Shown: positions 50,827-60,940, numbered from the whole stretch's first letter. The stretch: DNA of 62,821 nt, filler included, from Candidatus Woesearchaeota archaeon (GCA_046538795.1; 8 parts of 8 records of this genome joined end to end with filler, not necessarily neighbours in it); one strand, 5' to 3'. Program-made: numbers and translations. The notes: generated from the sequence alone by a model not told the origin.

Positions 50827-53481
50827 ATGGACTTAAAGAAAAACAGGAAAAGAGTGTTATCTAGAATAATTTCTATGCTTATAATAACTTTAATTCTCTC
50901 TTTGGCTGTTTCTGCTGATATAGGTGACAGTTTAGCAAATGCATTTGGAACCATACTTGCTCTTGTTGTTGGATTAGGAAACTTCATCCATGGGGCGCTT
51001 ATTGTGGATAATGTAAGAAGAAGCCTTTTCTTTGTTTTTGGAGTGTTGTTTTTCTATGCAGTATATCATACGGCTTTGGGTTTCACTCCATTATTCAAGG
51101 ATGATGGCAGCAAGAAGATGAAAAAGCTTGTAGCAGTATCCTTGGCTGTAATCTCTCTTATGGGGCTTTATTGGCTTGTTCCTCTTGATCAGGCACTTGA
51201 GACTTTTGGTACTTTAGGGATATTTGTTCTTTCGGCAGCATTTGGTTCAGGAATGATAGGCATTGCCCATCAATTGAATCCAGAAGGCGGAGGATGGTAT
51301 AAGACAGGTGCATTCCTTGTCTCAGCAGGATTGATATTCTATCTTTTCGGAAGCTGGCTTGAAGATGAGAATGCAGAACTGGGCCTTGCGTTCCTTGTTT
51401 TGGGTGTTCTTATACTGGTAATCAGTTCATGGAGAGGCAACAGTACAGGAGGGGGAAGCGGTATTCTAAATATCCTGGGAAATCTATGGGACAGAAAACC
51501 CAACATATTCTCATTGGGCCAAAGAGGCTTAAACAAAGGTGTAGATATTTTTAATGACAGGCACAACCGGAGATATAACAGATGGGGAGATCATGAAGAA
51601 TCAAAAGATCACATTAAGCATACTAGAAGGCTTATCAATGAATATGAAGTAAGAAAGAATAATGAAGATGACCACATAAGGGAGATGAGAGGATTTGCCC
51701 AGCAGACACAACGCCTTGTAAATAACCTTCATCAATTCGTAAATCAGGATCACTCGCTAAATGATATTATGCGTGGTCTGACAGGAAACGATGGGGCTGA
51801 GACTGCGCTTAATAGCATGCTTCACATAACTGAACAAAAAGAACTTAGATATGATAAAAAAGATAAGAAAAATGACCGCAGGATGAGAAAGTTCCTGATA
51901 AAGATATCATCTGACATTGATGAAGACATGGCCAGGATGAGAACGACTATGTCAAAGATTGAAAAATATAAAGATAAGTGGAATGATGAACAAAGAAATC
52001 AGGCAGAAGATCTTTATGAAAATTATCAATCAGTAGTTCAGCATCTTGAAAGCAGAAAAAGGATAGTAGATATCCTTAAAAGATTTGATCTTAACATAGA
52101 ACACCTGCATATACAGAATTATACTATTTCAAAAAAGAAAAAAGAGACTCTCAAGAAACTTATTAGTGAGATCAAGTCAGAGATAGATCTTCTTGAAAAC
52201 ATAAACAAAAAAAGGAACAGAGGAGAAGATATAAGTCATCTTCAGGAGACTGTTACAAGAAAGATAAGGCATATCAAGGACAGGATAAACCGAGAACTTG
52301 GATGGCTTATGAATGCAAATAATGAAGAAGAACATAATCTGGGGCTTCTTGAAAACAATTCGCGCCACATGGAAGAATATTTAAGAGAATTAAGAGCATT
52401 GCTTGAAAGCGAGGAAAATGTAAATGAACATATAGAAAATATCGCAGGAATTCTTGATCAGGAAACCATACAATCAGAGGTAGAAAATGAACGAAGGTTC
52501 CTTGAACAGTTTCAGTCTGCAGAAAATGAGTCAGGCAGGATAGAACAGATGGTGGCGTCTCAAAATGCAAATAACCAAAATCCTTCAGACAACCAAAGAT
52601 CTAATGAAGATGAACAAATGACGAAAGAAGCTCTCAATAAAATTGATCTTCAAAATTTAAAAAACATAGAGAATCTTATTTCCAATGGTGGTATCTCAAA
52701 TTTCATGTTGGCGGCAGGCCGTCTTGGAGAACTGATCAAAGCAAAAGAGGAAGTAGTAAACCTACTTAATGAAGTTAAAGATCCTCAAAAAATTAATACT
52801 ATAAAGGCAGCTCTTGATACGTTTAATGGAAATTTTGGCAATAAAGCAAAACAATTGTTTGATTCAGCAGATTCTCTTTTTGAAAACCAGGCAAAATCAA
52901 ATGCTTTTACAAGAGAAACTCTCGGCCAGTTTGAATCTTTACTTGTAAAATCAAGATGGATGGAAAAAATAGATCGGCTTAAAAATCTATATGTGTACTT
53001 TAATTCTCGTATAGAAGAACAGAAGAAAAAACTTGCAGATTATCAGGAAGTTGCAGGTTCTTTTGACGATAAGATGAACGAAGCTGAAAAAATTAGATCA
53101 GACATACAAGATAAGATCCAGAGAAGTGCAAATGCAAATTCACTAGATTATTTTATAGAGCTTGCAGGAGAAATGGGAGAATTTCTGGAAAAACTCAACA
53201 GTTTTTCTGATGAAACACAAAAACTTGAAGGCATGAAAAAAGACCAATCTATACAGAAGATACGAGATTATCATAATTTCGTGATTAGTCAAGGACAAGT
53301 GCTGTTATCACAAATAAGATCCTGGCTCAACCGGAGGGTTATGAGTCTTTCTCCGGCAGAAAGAAAAAATGATTATGATATCTTAACAAGAGGATTAAGA
53401 AGATTCGCCTGGATGAAAGATATAGAGAACCTTAGAGAAAGTTATTTTGAACTGGAAAATCTGGTAAGACAGAACAGCTAA
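50827..53481 (+). CDS. Membrane protein (about 7 N-terminal hydrophobic segments) with ~650-aa charged coiled-coil domain
   Basis: Hydrophobic first ~200 aa, GGGSG linker, then E/K/R/N-rich heptad sequence. Confidence 0.8.
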   Translation: MDLKKNRKRVLSRIISMLIITLILSLAVSADIGDSLANAFGTILALVVGLGNFIHGALIVDNVRRSLFFVFGVLFFYAVYHTALGFTPLFKDDGSKKMKKLVAVSLAVISLMGLYWLVPLDQALETFGTLGIFVLSAAFGSGMIGIAHQLNPEGGGWYKTGAFLVSAGLIFYLFGSWLEDENAELGLAFLVLGVLILVISSWRGNSTGGGSGILNILGNLWDRKPNIFSLGQRGLNKGVDIFNDRHNRRYNRWGDHEESKDHIKHTRRLINEYEVRKNNEDDHIREMRGFAQQTQRLVNNLHQFVNQDHSLNDIMRGLTGNDGAETALNSMLHITEQKELRYDKKDKKNDRRMRKFLIKISSDIDEDMARMRTTMSKIEKYKDKWNDEQRNQAEDLYENYQSVVQHLESRKRIVDILKRFDLNIEHLHIQNYTISKKKKETLKKLISEIKSEIDLLENINKKRNRGEDISHLQETVTRKIRHIKDRINRELGWLMNANNEEEHNLGLLENNSRHMEEYLRELRALLESEENVNEHIENIAGILDQETIQSEVENERRFLEQFQSAENESGRIEQMVASQNANNQNPSDNQRSNEDEQMTKEALNKIDLQNLKNIENLISNGGISNFMLAAGRLGELIKAKEEVVNLLNEVKDPQKINTIKAALDTFNGNFGNKAKQLFDSADSLFENQAKSNAFTRETLGQFESLLVKSRWMEKIDRLKNLYVYFNSRIEEQKKKLADYQEVAGSFDDKMNEAEKIRSDIQDKIQRSANANSLDYFIELAGEMGEFLEKLNSFSDETQKLEGMKKDQSIQKIRDYHNFVISQGQVLLSQIRSWLNRRVMSLSPAERKNDYDILTRGLRRFAWMKDIENLRESYFELENLVRQNS

Positions 53482-53486
53482 TCAAG

Positions 53487-54439
53487 ATGGAACTAAAAAC
53501 ACAGATAAGAAGATATATGTTAGGAATCTTGTTTATGTTAGCTTTAGCTAAATCAATATATGCAGCATCAGCTTATCAGATATTTTCAAATGCAGTTTCC
53601 TGGCTTGGAAGACCAAGTTTTGTTTTGGTCGTAACTCTTGTCATGTTCTTTATTCTTTTGTATGCGATATTTGCATCAGGACTTGGTTTTGTAAAAGCAT
53701 TTACCAAAGAAGATAAATCACTTACAAAGAACGGAAAACTTGTTGCTGTATCAATGTCTTTAATTTCAACTCTTGGAGTCTTTGGTTATGGATATGCAAC
53801 AGGCGGCGCATACAATATGATGGCCCAGCTTCCTGCAATACTAGGAACTTTTGGAACTATTGCTGCCTGGACTGTTTCAGTTCTTATCGCTGCTCTTGTC
53901 TGGTTTTTGTACAAAGATCTTCCAATGCACATGCAAAAAGAAGATGATGCTCTAAATAAAAGAAGATGGATGAGAATAGGTCTTACATTGCTTTGTTTTG
54001 GTATGTCTTTTTGGATATTTGGAAATCTTCTTTCAAAAACAGACTTTTCTGAATTTGGTGTTGCATTCATATTTTTGGGAGTCATATCGATATTTATCGG
54101 TTCTGTCATTAAAACAGATGAGGAAAGAGCGCAGGCAAAAGCAGAGAAAGAAGCAGGTGAAAGTGGTTCTTCTGGAACAACGTCTGATGGTGATACTAAA
54201 AAATATGGGACTGTTGAAGGTGTTGTCAAAGACGAAGATGGTCCGATAGGAAATGCTACTGTTACTATTGATAACAGAAATCCTGTTACAACAGATTCTT
54301 CTGGTAAATTTGTTTTTGGACAACAAGAATTTGGAAATTTTAATATAAAATACGAAGCAGATAAACATGCGACTGCAGTTAGAAATTACACACTAGATAA
54401 GAACAAACTTGATCTTGGTGAAGTTATTCTTGCTAAAGA
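53487..54439 (+). CDS. Paralogous membrane protein with carboxypeptidase-regulatory-like (prealbumin-fold) domain, truncated
   Basis: TM block similar to 50827-53481; C-terminal 'GTVEGVVKDEDGPIGNATVTI....TTDSSGKFVF...G.F.I'. Confidence 0.78.
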
Positions 54440-54539
54440 NNNNNNNNNNNNNNNNNNNNNNNNNNNNNNNNNNNNNNNNNNNNTTAATTAATTAANNNNN
54501 NNNNNNNNNNNNNNNNNNNNNNNNNNNNNNNNNNNNNNN
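54440..54539. other. Artificial contig linker
   Basis: N-run with TTAATTAATTAA. Confidence 0.98.
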
Positions 54540-54569
54540 ATTAATTATTTTAGTGAATCTTCAGGCACA

Positions 54570-54917
54570 TTAATCATCTTGCACTATGTTTACAATTTTA
54601 TTCATTTCAGCATGTAAATCATCAATATAATTTTCAATAATATCCCATACTATTTCAAGGTCTATTGACCAGTACTTATGAACAACCACATTTCTAAAGG
54701 CCCTTATATTTTTCCAACTTATTGAATTATGTTTTCTCTTAAAATCATCAGGAATCTGAGAGACTGCTTCACCTATTATTTCAAGACATCTAACAACTGC
54801 ATACTGTGTGCGTTTATCATCTATAAAATCCTCAAAAGTCATGTGACCAACAAAAAACTTTATCTCAGAGAGCTTTTCAAGAATATCTTTTAGAAAAAAA
54901 TCATATTTCCGCTTCAT
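54570..54917 (-). CDS. hepT: HEPN ribonuclease toxin (DUF86/HepT-like)
   Basis: 'AVVRCLEIIGEA', 'W..IRAFRNVVVHKY' (Rx4H), 'IVWDII'. Confidence 0.9.
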   Translation of the reverse strand: MKRKYDFFLKDILEKLSEIKFFVGHMTFEDFIDDKRTQYAVVRCLEIIGEAVSQIPDDFKRKHNSISWKNIRAFRNVVVHKYWSIDLEIVWDIIENYIDDLHAEMNKIVNIVQDD

Positions 54918-55206
54918 ATTTCTTACCATCAAGTATGATTTGCCTCAACTCATCTCTGATTAGTTTAGGTTTTACCAAATCAACATCTCTTTTGAAAAGA
55001 TCCTCAAGAAAATCTTTAAGTCCCACATAATCTTTAAAAAAGCCTCTGTTTTTTTGAAATTCAACCAAGAAATCAATATCACTTGTATTTCCAGGGTTAC
55101 CATCAGAAAAGGATCCAAAAAGAACTAATTTTTTTACTCCATAAGAACGAATAATTTCCCTGTTTTTATTTAGCTTAGCTAAAATAATATTTTTTGAAAG
55201 TTTCAT
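54901..55206 (-). CDS. mntA: Minimal nucleotidyltransferase antitoxin (MNT)
   Basis: 'LFGSFSDG.....SDIDFLVEF' (GSx10DxD), 'LEDLFKRDVDLV'; overlaps hepT. Confidence 0.9.
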   Translation of the reverse strand: MKLSKNIILAKLNKNREIIRSYGVKKLVLFGSFSDGNPGNTSDIDFLVEFQKNRGFFKDYVGLKDFLEDLFKRDVDLVKPKLIRDELRQIILDGKKYEAEI

Positions 55207-55259
55207 AAAACAGAAATATGAATGAAAATATATAAAGATTTTCATTAAGAAGAATCTTA

Positions 55260-55470
55260 AAAAAAAGAGAAGGGTATGGAGTTTTTCTTTCAGGGAGGGG
55301 TAATTTGAAGAAATTTATTGTGTGGGACTCCATACCCCTGAATATGAATCATGAACACCCGGAAAAGAGTCTTGGTTTGGTCATTGTGTGTTTTGTGTGT
55401 TTAGATGAGCTGATTTAGTGCAATTTTATTATGATTTTTGCCAAATCAACACTCCCCGGACATTCACTAC
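55260..55470 (-). ncRNA. Candidate structured non-coding RNA
   Basis: TATA box (TTTAAATA, 55491-55498 on minus strand), two long-range stems (55352-55380/55441-55466; 55272-55282/55327-55337), then a U-run; no ORF of 60 aa or more. Confidence 0.45.
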
Positions 55471-55568
55471 ATACTAGTAGGTATAACAACTATTTAAATG
55501 TTTCGATTTTGATGTTACTAGCGAGTGGTGTTTTGGTCTGATTAGAGGTTATATTTTAATAATAAGCA

Positions 55569-56345
55569 ATGTTTCCTGAAAATCTCATGAAGATCTCATA
55601 CAAAACCATAGAGCAGATTGTTGAAGATGTCGTGCCAAAGGTTGAAAGTCTTACTGGATGGAACGCACATCCTGATTCTCTTAATATAAGCATAATAAGA
55701 AGAAGAGACTATTGGAATTCTGTCATGGAAAGACGGCTGAAAGAAGGGGCTGGTCTTTCTGAAGAGGAGTGCAAAATAAGACGTAAGAAACTCAATCTTC
55801 TGCCCTACTTAAGCTTTGCAGAATATTCTTTAGAAGATGATCGCATAATTATCGTGCAGGATAATATATCTGAGAGAACAAACAAGGATGGGCTGTCTCT
55901 ATATGTTTCCCATGAGATAGCCCACAGGTGCCAGTTTCTTAATAACCCTGAATTCAGAGATGAGATTAATGAGATCTCAAAGAGGTATTATCCCATAATA
56001 TTCGGGAGAGAAAATGTTGAAGCGATAAAAGATAACAAGGATATTGATGAGTGGAATTCAGTTCTGGAATTCTTAGAGGCAGATGTCAACATAATCGAAA
56101 GCATTATGAAAGACAGATATTACTCAAATTCTATTGAAAGGCCTGCTTTTCTTCCTGGAGCAGTGAGCCTGTATCTGGGTATAATTAATTCAGGAAACAG
56201 GGAAAATATGAGAGAATCTATACAAAATACAAATATGTATGAGAACTTAATCATCCATACGTTGATAAAAAAAGGAAGAGAGGGAGTAAATGAACTCTAT
56301 TCACTCCCTATAGAAAATATAACAAAAATTGTGGGACAAGACTAA
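55569..56345 (+). CDS. Putative zincin-like metallopeptidase
   Basis: HExxH 'SHEIAHRCQF' and a downstream 'LEAD' candidate third ligand. Confidence 0.6.
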   Translation: MFPENLMKISYKTIEQIVEDVVPKVESLTGWNAHPDSLNISIIRRRDYWNSVMERRLKEGAGLSEEECKIRRKKLNLLPYLSFAEYSLEDDRIIIVQDNISERTNKDGLSLYVSHEIAHRCQFLNNPEFRDEINEISKRYYPIIFGRENVEAIKDNKDIDEWNSVLEFLEADVNIIESIMKDRYYSNSIERPAFLPGAVSLYLGIINSGNRENMRESIQNTNMYENLIIHTLIKKGREGVNELYSLPIENITKIVGQD

Positions 56346-56782
56346 TATCTATCTTTGAAATCCTCGTCTTCGTCCTCATCGCTTTCGTCAAGATCTGAGT
56401 CAGGATCATCTTCCAGATCATCATCTGATTCATTGTCGGAATCATCTTCTGAATTTGAATCCTCTTCTGAATCATCATCAGAGTCTATATCTTCATCATA
56501 ATCTTCATCAACATTCTCTTCGTCATCTGAGTCATAGTCTTCATCAGAATCTGAATCATCATCGTCAGGATCTGAATCTGGGTCTTCATCGGTTCCAACT
56601 TCGTTAGAATCATCAGAATCATAGTCTTTGTCAGATTCTTCGTCATCATCTATTGATCCTTCATCTGAATCCTCTTCCTCAAGATCTTGGTCTTGTGGAT
56701 TTTCTGTATCATCGTAATCTTCATCTCCTGAATCGTAAGTCTCATCGTCATAATCCTCTTTATCTTCTTCATCATATGCCAT
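56342..56782 (-). CDS. Extremely acidic Asp/Glu-rich protein
   Basis: 146 aa dominated by D/E/S; perfect AGGAGGT SD at 56791-56797. Confidence 0.75.
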   Translation of the reverse strand: MAYDEEDKEDYDDETYDSGDEDYDDTENPQDQDLEEEDSDEGSIDDDEESDKDYDSDDSNEVGTDEDPDSDPDDDDSDSDEDYDSDDEENVDEDYDEDIDSDDDSEEDSNSEDDSDNESDDDLEDDPDSDLDESDEDEDEDFKDRY

Positions 56783-56877
56783 TTTTTATTACCTCCTTTT
56801 TTAGCTAAAAAATTTCATTTTGAATTCAAATAAGAATTATTTAAGCATTTCTGTTTTAGAAAATCTAAGACAGAATA

Positions 56878-57171
56878 TCAGTCTTCTATGTAAGGATCAA
56901 AATGTCCACACTCATAGTTATGGTTGTATTTTCCAAGAGCGATTTTTGAATCAGTTATGGTATTTCTAAGATCAATTGGAAGTATTTCTGCTCTTTTATT
57001 GAATTCTCTTGCCCTTTCAAGAAGATTGTCAAGAGTGTTTACCATATATTCTCCGCTTTCAAAGGGATTCTCTGTATTGAAATAATCTTCTCTCAGAAGT
57101 TTACCTAAAATAGTATCAAGCCTGCCTTCAATGCTGCAACGTTCGATATATTGTGCAATCCTTTCAAACAT
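56878..57171 (-). CDS. Hypothetical protein
   Basis: 97-aa ORF with TTTATATA box about 25 nt upstream. Confidence 0.5.
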   Translation of the reverse strand: MFERIAQYIERCSIEGRLDTILGKLLREDYFNTENPFESGEYMVNTLDNLLERAREFNKRAEILPIDLRNTITDSKIALGKYNHNYECGHFDPYIED

Positions 57172-57265
57172 GGTTTTTAGAAAAAGATCTGAAATATATA
57201 AATATTCTTATTCCTCGACGATGAAATCAAATTATTTTTAAATTAAAACAAGTTCTCTTGCTTTT

Positions 57266-57942
57266 ATGTATGAAGAAGAACCCGATATAGGTTCAAAATA
57301 CCTAAAGAGATTTAAGGAAATTGTAGTAACTCCTGATCCTGATGATGTTGAGAGATTCAGGAACTATGCAATAGAACTTCAGCAAAAGAAAGAAGAAAAA
57401 AAGCACGACAAGAACAGACAGAAAAAGAATTTTCTGAAACCATGAGCACATTGTCTGAACTTGGAATCGACCATAGTTCTTTAGATAAACTAAATGGAAT
57501 AATGCTTTATTTCCCTGAAGGGTGTGCAGCTTATGATTCAAATTCATTTATCATAAATACATATCCTGGGCAGGAAGAAAGGATAATCGATGCAATGGAG
57601 CGTGTTGCAAAAAAGCAGAAAATTTTGAATACAATAAGAAATTCAGGGATCGCTATTTCATTCGGAGCATTAATAGCACAAACTTTAGCAACAAGAAATG
57701 CTATGAATAATGGTTTAGATCTGCCGAACTTCATGGCATATATTTCAGTAATAAGCGGATCGGGAATTGCTTCAACAATCTCTCAAATCATAAACCAGCG
57801 TTCAAAGAAATTCATGGGTTATCTTAACGAAGAAATTTCAATAACAAGAGGATCAGAAAGGTATGATAAGATGATTGCCATGATGGCCATCGATCCAAAA
57901 TATGAGACAGCTCTTCGATCAACATATCAAGATGAAAATTGA
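57266..57942 (+). CDS. Two-TM hypothetical protein, split into ORFs 57266-57445 and 57442-57942 (possible -1 frameshift)
   Basis: Downstream ORF is paralogous to 57992-58615; upstream 59-aa ORF joins it via A_AAA_AAG at 57397-57403. Confidence 0.55.
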
Positions 57943-57991
57943 TCCTATATAATCAGATCTTATTTATATCTAAGAAAGATTCCTGATAATT

Positions 57992-58615
57992 ATGGAGCTT
58001 GGATCACTTGATGAAACAAAAGATGATTCTATTGAAAATATTGTAAATGATGATCTGATTCTGAAAAGAAAGCTCAAAAAAATAAAAAGGATAGAAGACT
58101 ACCGCCGCAGGATGAGTTTGCTTTCAGAACTTATGAATGATAAGGGATATGAGAGAAGAAAACTCTCAAATTCATATCCTTATTTTAGAAAAGACGATTC
58201 TAAAGATGTTCTTATGTATTTTCCTAACGGATTCAGCAATTATTCTTACAACTCTCTTGTGTTAAAATTTGATGATCGCAAAGAAGAAGAGCTGATTGAT
58301 ACTATTTCAGATTATATCGATAAGATAAAAACACCTGAAAAGATAAATACCATAGGAAATATCATTGCAATTTCTTCTGTGGTTGTAATGCTTGCATCCA
58401 TAAAATTTCCTGATTTCCCTGAAAACGCTGATTATATCTTAGGAGGCATTTCAATAGGATCTTATCTTTTGGGATCATATGGAAGATTAAGAGGGATATC
58501 AGAAACAGAAAAGACAAAGAAATATCTGAATGATAATAATTTCATTGTTTATGAAGGAAAAAAAGAATTTGATAGAGAAGTCACAATAAAAGCGCTTGAA
58601 TATTCTTTTGACTAA
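57992..58615 (+). CDS. Two-TM hypothetical protein, tandem paralog
   Basis: 'MSLLSEL..MYFPNG...Y..NS......EE..ID' matches 'MSTLSEL..LYFPEG...Y..NS......EE..ID'. Confidence 0.7.
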   Translation: MELGSLDETKDDSIENIVNDDLILKRKLKKIKRIEDYRRRMSLLSELMNDKGYERRKLSNSYPYFRKDDSKDVLMYFPNGFSNYSYNSLVLKFDDRKEEELIDTISDYIDKIKTPEKINTIGNIIAISSVVVMLASIKFPDFPENADYILGGISIGSYLLGSYGRLRGISETEKTKKYLNDNNFIVYEGKKEFDREVTIKALEYSFD

Positions 58616-58689
58616 AATCCTCTTACATCTAATTCATTATTTAATAGAACTATACTTTGGCTTGCAAAATATGTAATATTTCCTAAAGA

Positions 58690-58789
58690 NNNNNNNNNNN
58701 NNNNNNNNNNNNNNNNNNNNNNNNNNNNNNNNNTTAATTAATTAANNNNNNNNNNNNNNNNNNNNNNNNNNNNNNNNNNNNNNNNNNNN
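58690..58789. other. Artificial contig linker
   Basis: N-run with TTAATTAATTAA. Confidence 0.98.
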
Positions 58790-58853
58790 TTTGTGCTTTT
58801 TTCTGAGTACTAAGGAGGAGTTATTTTTCTTTCGGAGATACTGCAGAAGAGAA

Positions 58854-60848
58854 TCAATTTACGTCTGTAAGAAAAACATCATCGCCAAACTCTTCCTCAA
58901 TAGCATCATAGACAAAATCCCTGTTGTTTATGCCAATCACAAATGCCATCCTCTCGCCTTGATTCTCCTCGATGATCTCAAAAATGTTGTCAAGCATCGT
59001 ATCTCTTCTCTCAATATGAAAATCATATATTTCCTCATATTGAGTGTTGTTGAATACAACCTGCATTGTGTCAAAATATTCATTGCTCAGGTTTTTGTAG
59101 ATGCCTGAGTTAAGCTCTTGTGGATCAACATTTAGAGCAAGTGCTTTTTGCCTTTCGACAATATCTATTATTGGATCCATATTCTCTCTGAAAAGAGTGT
59201 CATTTGAGAGCCTTTCATTGATCTTTATTATCGCAAGATCATCAGCCCAGCCTTCATAAAGTGTATCATCTACCTCATCTCCAAGCCAGTCAAAACCAAT
59301 AAATTCGTTATCAAATCCATATAATAGCTGGATCATTTCAAGAGGATAATATTCAATCAGAAGTTCGGCAGACTGGTTAATATCAGAATCCCTTATTTCA
59401 AGAGCGATAATATCAGGATTATAGTTTGCAATTATATCAAATATATCCTGATAGGTATATCTCATGTTTTCAGCATGATATGAATGCAATGTTCCAAGAA
59501 CCATGACTTCAGTAGAATTGTTCTGTTCGTTATCATCAGAATTATCCTGATAAGATTCATCAGGAAAAACAGGATGCTTCTCTATAACATAATCAGTTTC
59601 GTTGCCTGATTGATTTTTTACTGTAACCAAAACATCACCGAAAAAATCACTTTCCATGAGCGCAAGAAGCTGGTTTACAGGAAACATTTCTGACCTCATT
59701 CCATTGATACTTATGATCTCATCACCGACACTTATGCCTGATTCTTCTGCACCAGATCCTTCTAAGAATCCTGTTACTACAAACTTTTTGTCTGAATTTA
59801 ATCCCACATTAAGTCCTGTTGTTACGACATTATCCCTGAAAGTCTGATTTTGCTTTGGATATAACAACAGCCTTTTTCCTGGAAAATCAATTGCAAACAC
59901 AAACTCAGCAAAGAACTGATTTCCCAGATTAACCATGTCCGGATCATCTGAAGACACGCCAAGAATATCATCAAATTCAAGGTTTCCCAAAGATACATCA
60001 TCAAGCCTTAAGATATAATTATCCTTATCTCCTGCAGTAGATGACCTTATCCTTTCTTGCTTCTCAGATTCATAAAGGTTTACTACATCAGGTGTAACCT
60101 CAATTATACCTGCGAATCCTGTGTCTATTCCCGATGAATAGCTTCTGCCGTCGATTTCCAGATTAATCTCAGGAGAAAACACAGTGATTGAATCTTCAAT
60201 CAGAGAAAGCGACTCTAATTCAAGTCCTGAAAGAAACTCAAGTCCGGGCAAATCATGTGCATCATTGCTTCCTTTTGCAAGATGCATGGAAAGATTATCA
60301 TAATCAACCGCAACTGTGAAATATTTTAAGAAATTTGTTCCAAGTATGCCTTCCACATTAAGAGCAGAAGTATCTTCATAAAAAGAAAGATCCTTAACAA
60401 GAGCATATGAATCTTTAACCTCCATATCTCCTGCCTTGAGAAGATCAAGCCTTACAACCTCGACATCTTCAGAAATTTCACCAGGAGCTACATCTGAACC
60501 TACGACAAGCTCAGGCTCAAGGCCAAGCGAGTCATACAATCTTCGGTCAAGCGTGGTTATAGCCGATGTGTCAAGAAGAAAAGTATGATTCTCCATCCCG
60601 CCGGTTGAATTTCTCATGCCTGCAACAAGCAAGAGACGATTATCTTCATTGTAAATTCTTATAGAATCATATGATGGTGATGTTTCAGAAACTTCTCCTT
60701 TTCCCAACAGAAAATATAGCCTAATGTGAGAGCCATATGCATAAAAATAAAACAATGCGTTGAAAGCTACGAACAATATGAATATTATAAAAAGAGCCAA
60801 AGCGACCTTTTTGACAGAAACCTTTCTTCTTCTTACCCTTAAAACCAT
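58854..60848 (-). CDS. Membrane-anchored tandem retropepsin-like aspartyl protease + PDZ + TraB/TIKI-like C-terminal domain
   Basis: 'FLLDTSA...GILG', 'GIDTGF...NLG', PDZ 'GSGAEESGISVGDEIISING', C-terminal 'VLGTLH..NPDIIALE..R'. Confidence 0.72.
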   Translation of the reverse strand: MVLRVRRRKVSVKKVALALFIIFILFVAFNALFYFYAYGSHIRLYFLLGKGEVSETSPSYDSIRIYNEDNRLLLVAGMRNSTGGMENHTFLLDTSAITTLDRRLYDSLGLEPELVVGSDVAPGEISEDVEVVRLDLLKAGDMEVKDSYALVKDLSFYEDTSALNVEGILGTNFLKYFTVAVDYDNLSMHLAKGSNDAHDLPGLEFLSGLELESLSLIEDSITVFSPEINLEIDGRSYSSGIDTGFAGIIEVTPDVVNLYESEKQERIRSSTAGDKDNYILRLDDVSLGNLEFDDILGVSSDDPDMVNLGNQFFAEFVFAIDFPGKRLLLYPKQNQTFRDNVVTTGLNVGLNSDKKFVVTGFLEGSGAEESGISVGDEIISINGMRSEMFPVNQLLALMESDFFGDVLVTVKNQSGNETDYVIEKHPVFPDESYQDNSDDNEQNNSTEVMVLGTLHSYHAENMRYTYQDIFDIIANYNPDIIALEIRDSDINQSAELLIEYYPLEMIQLLYGFDNEFIGFDWLGDEVDDTLYEGWADDLAIIKINERLSNDTLFRENMDPIIDIVERQKALALNVDPQELNSGIYKNLSNEYFDTMQVVFNNTQYEEIYDFHIERRDTMLDNIFEIIEENQGERMAFVIGINNRDFVYDAIEEEFGDDVFLTDVN

Positions 60849-60940
60849 ATTTATCAGAAATAGATATCTGCCTATGATTTTTAAATTTTGTTATGATTGA
60901 AAATCATCTTCCTAAAATCATAAAAATCTGCCAAAAGCGC

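Noticed and set aside
54570..55206. MNT-HEPN pair as a novel defence system
   Set aside because: Canonical, very widespread archaeal type VII toxin-antitoxin module
4411..58789. Seven identical TTAATTAATTAA palindromes in N-runs
   Set aside because: Artificial contig-joining spacers. ORF ends reading 'XXXLIN' are artefacts, and no synteny can be inferred across them.
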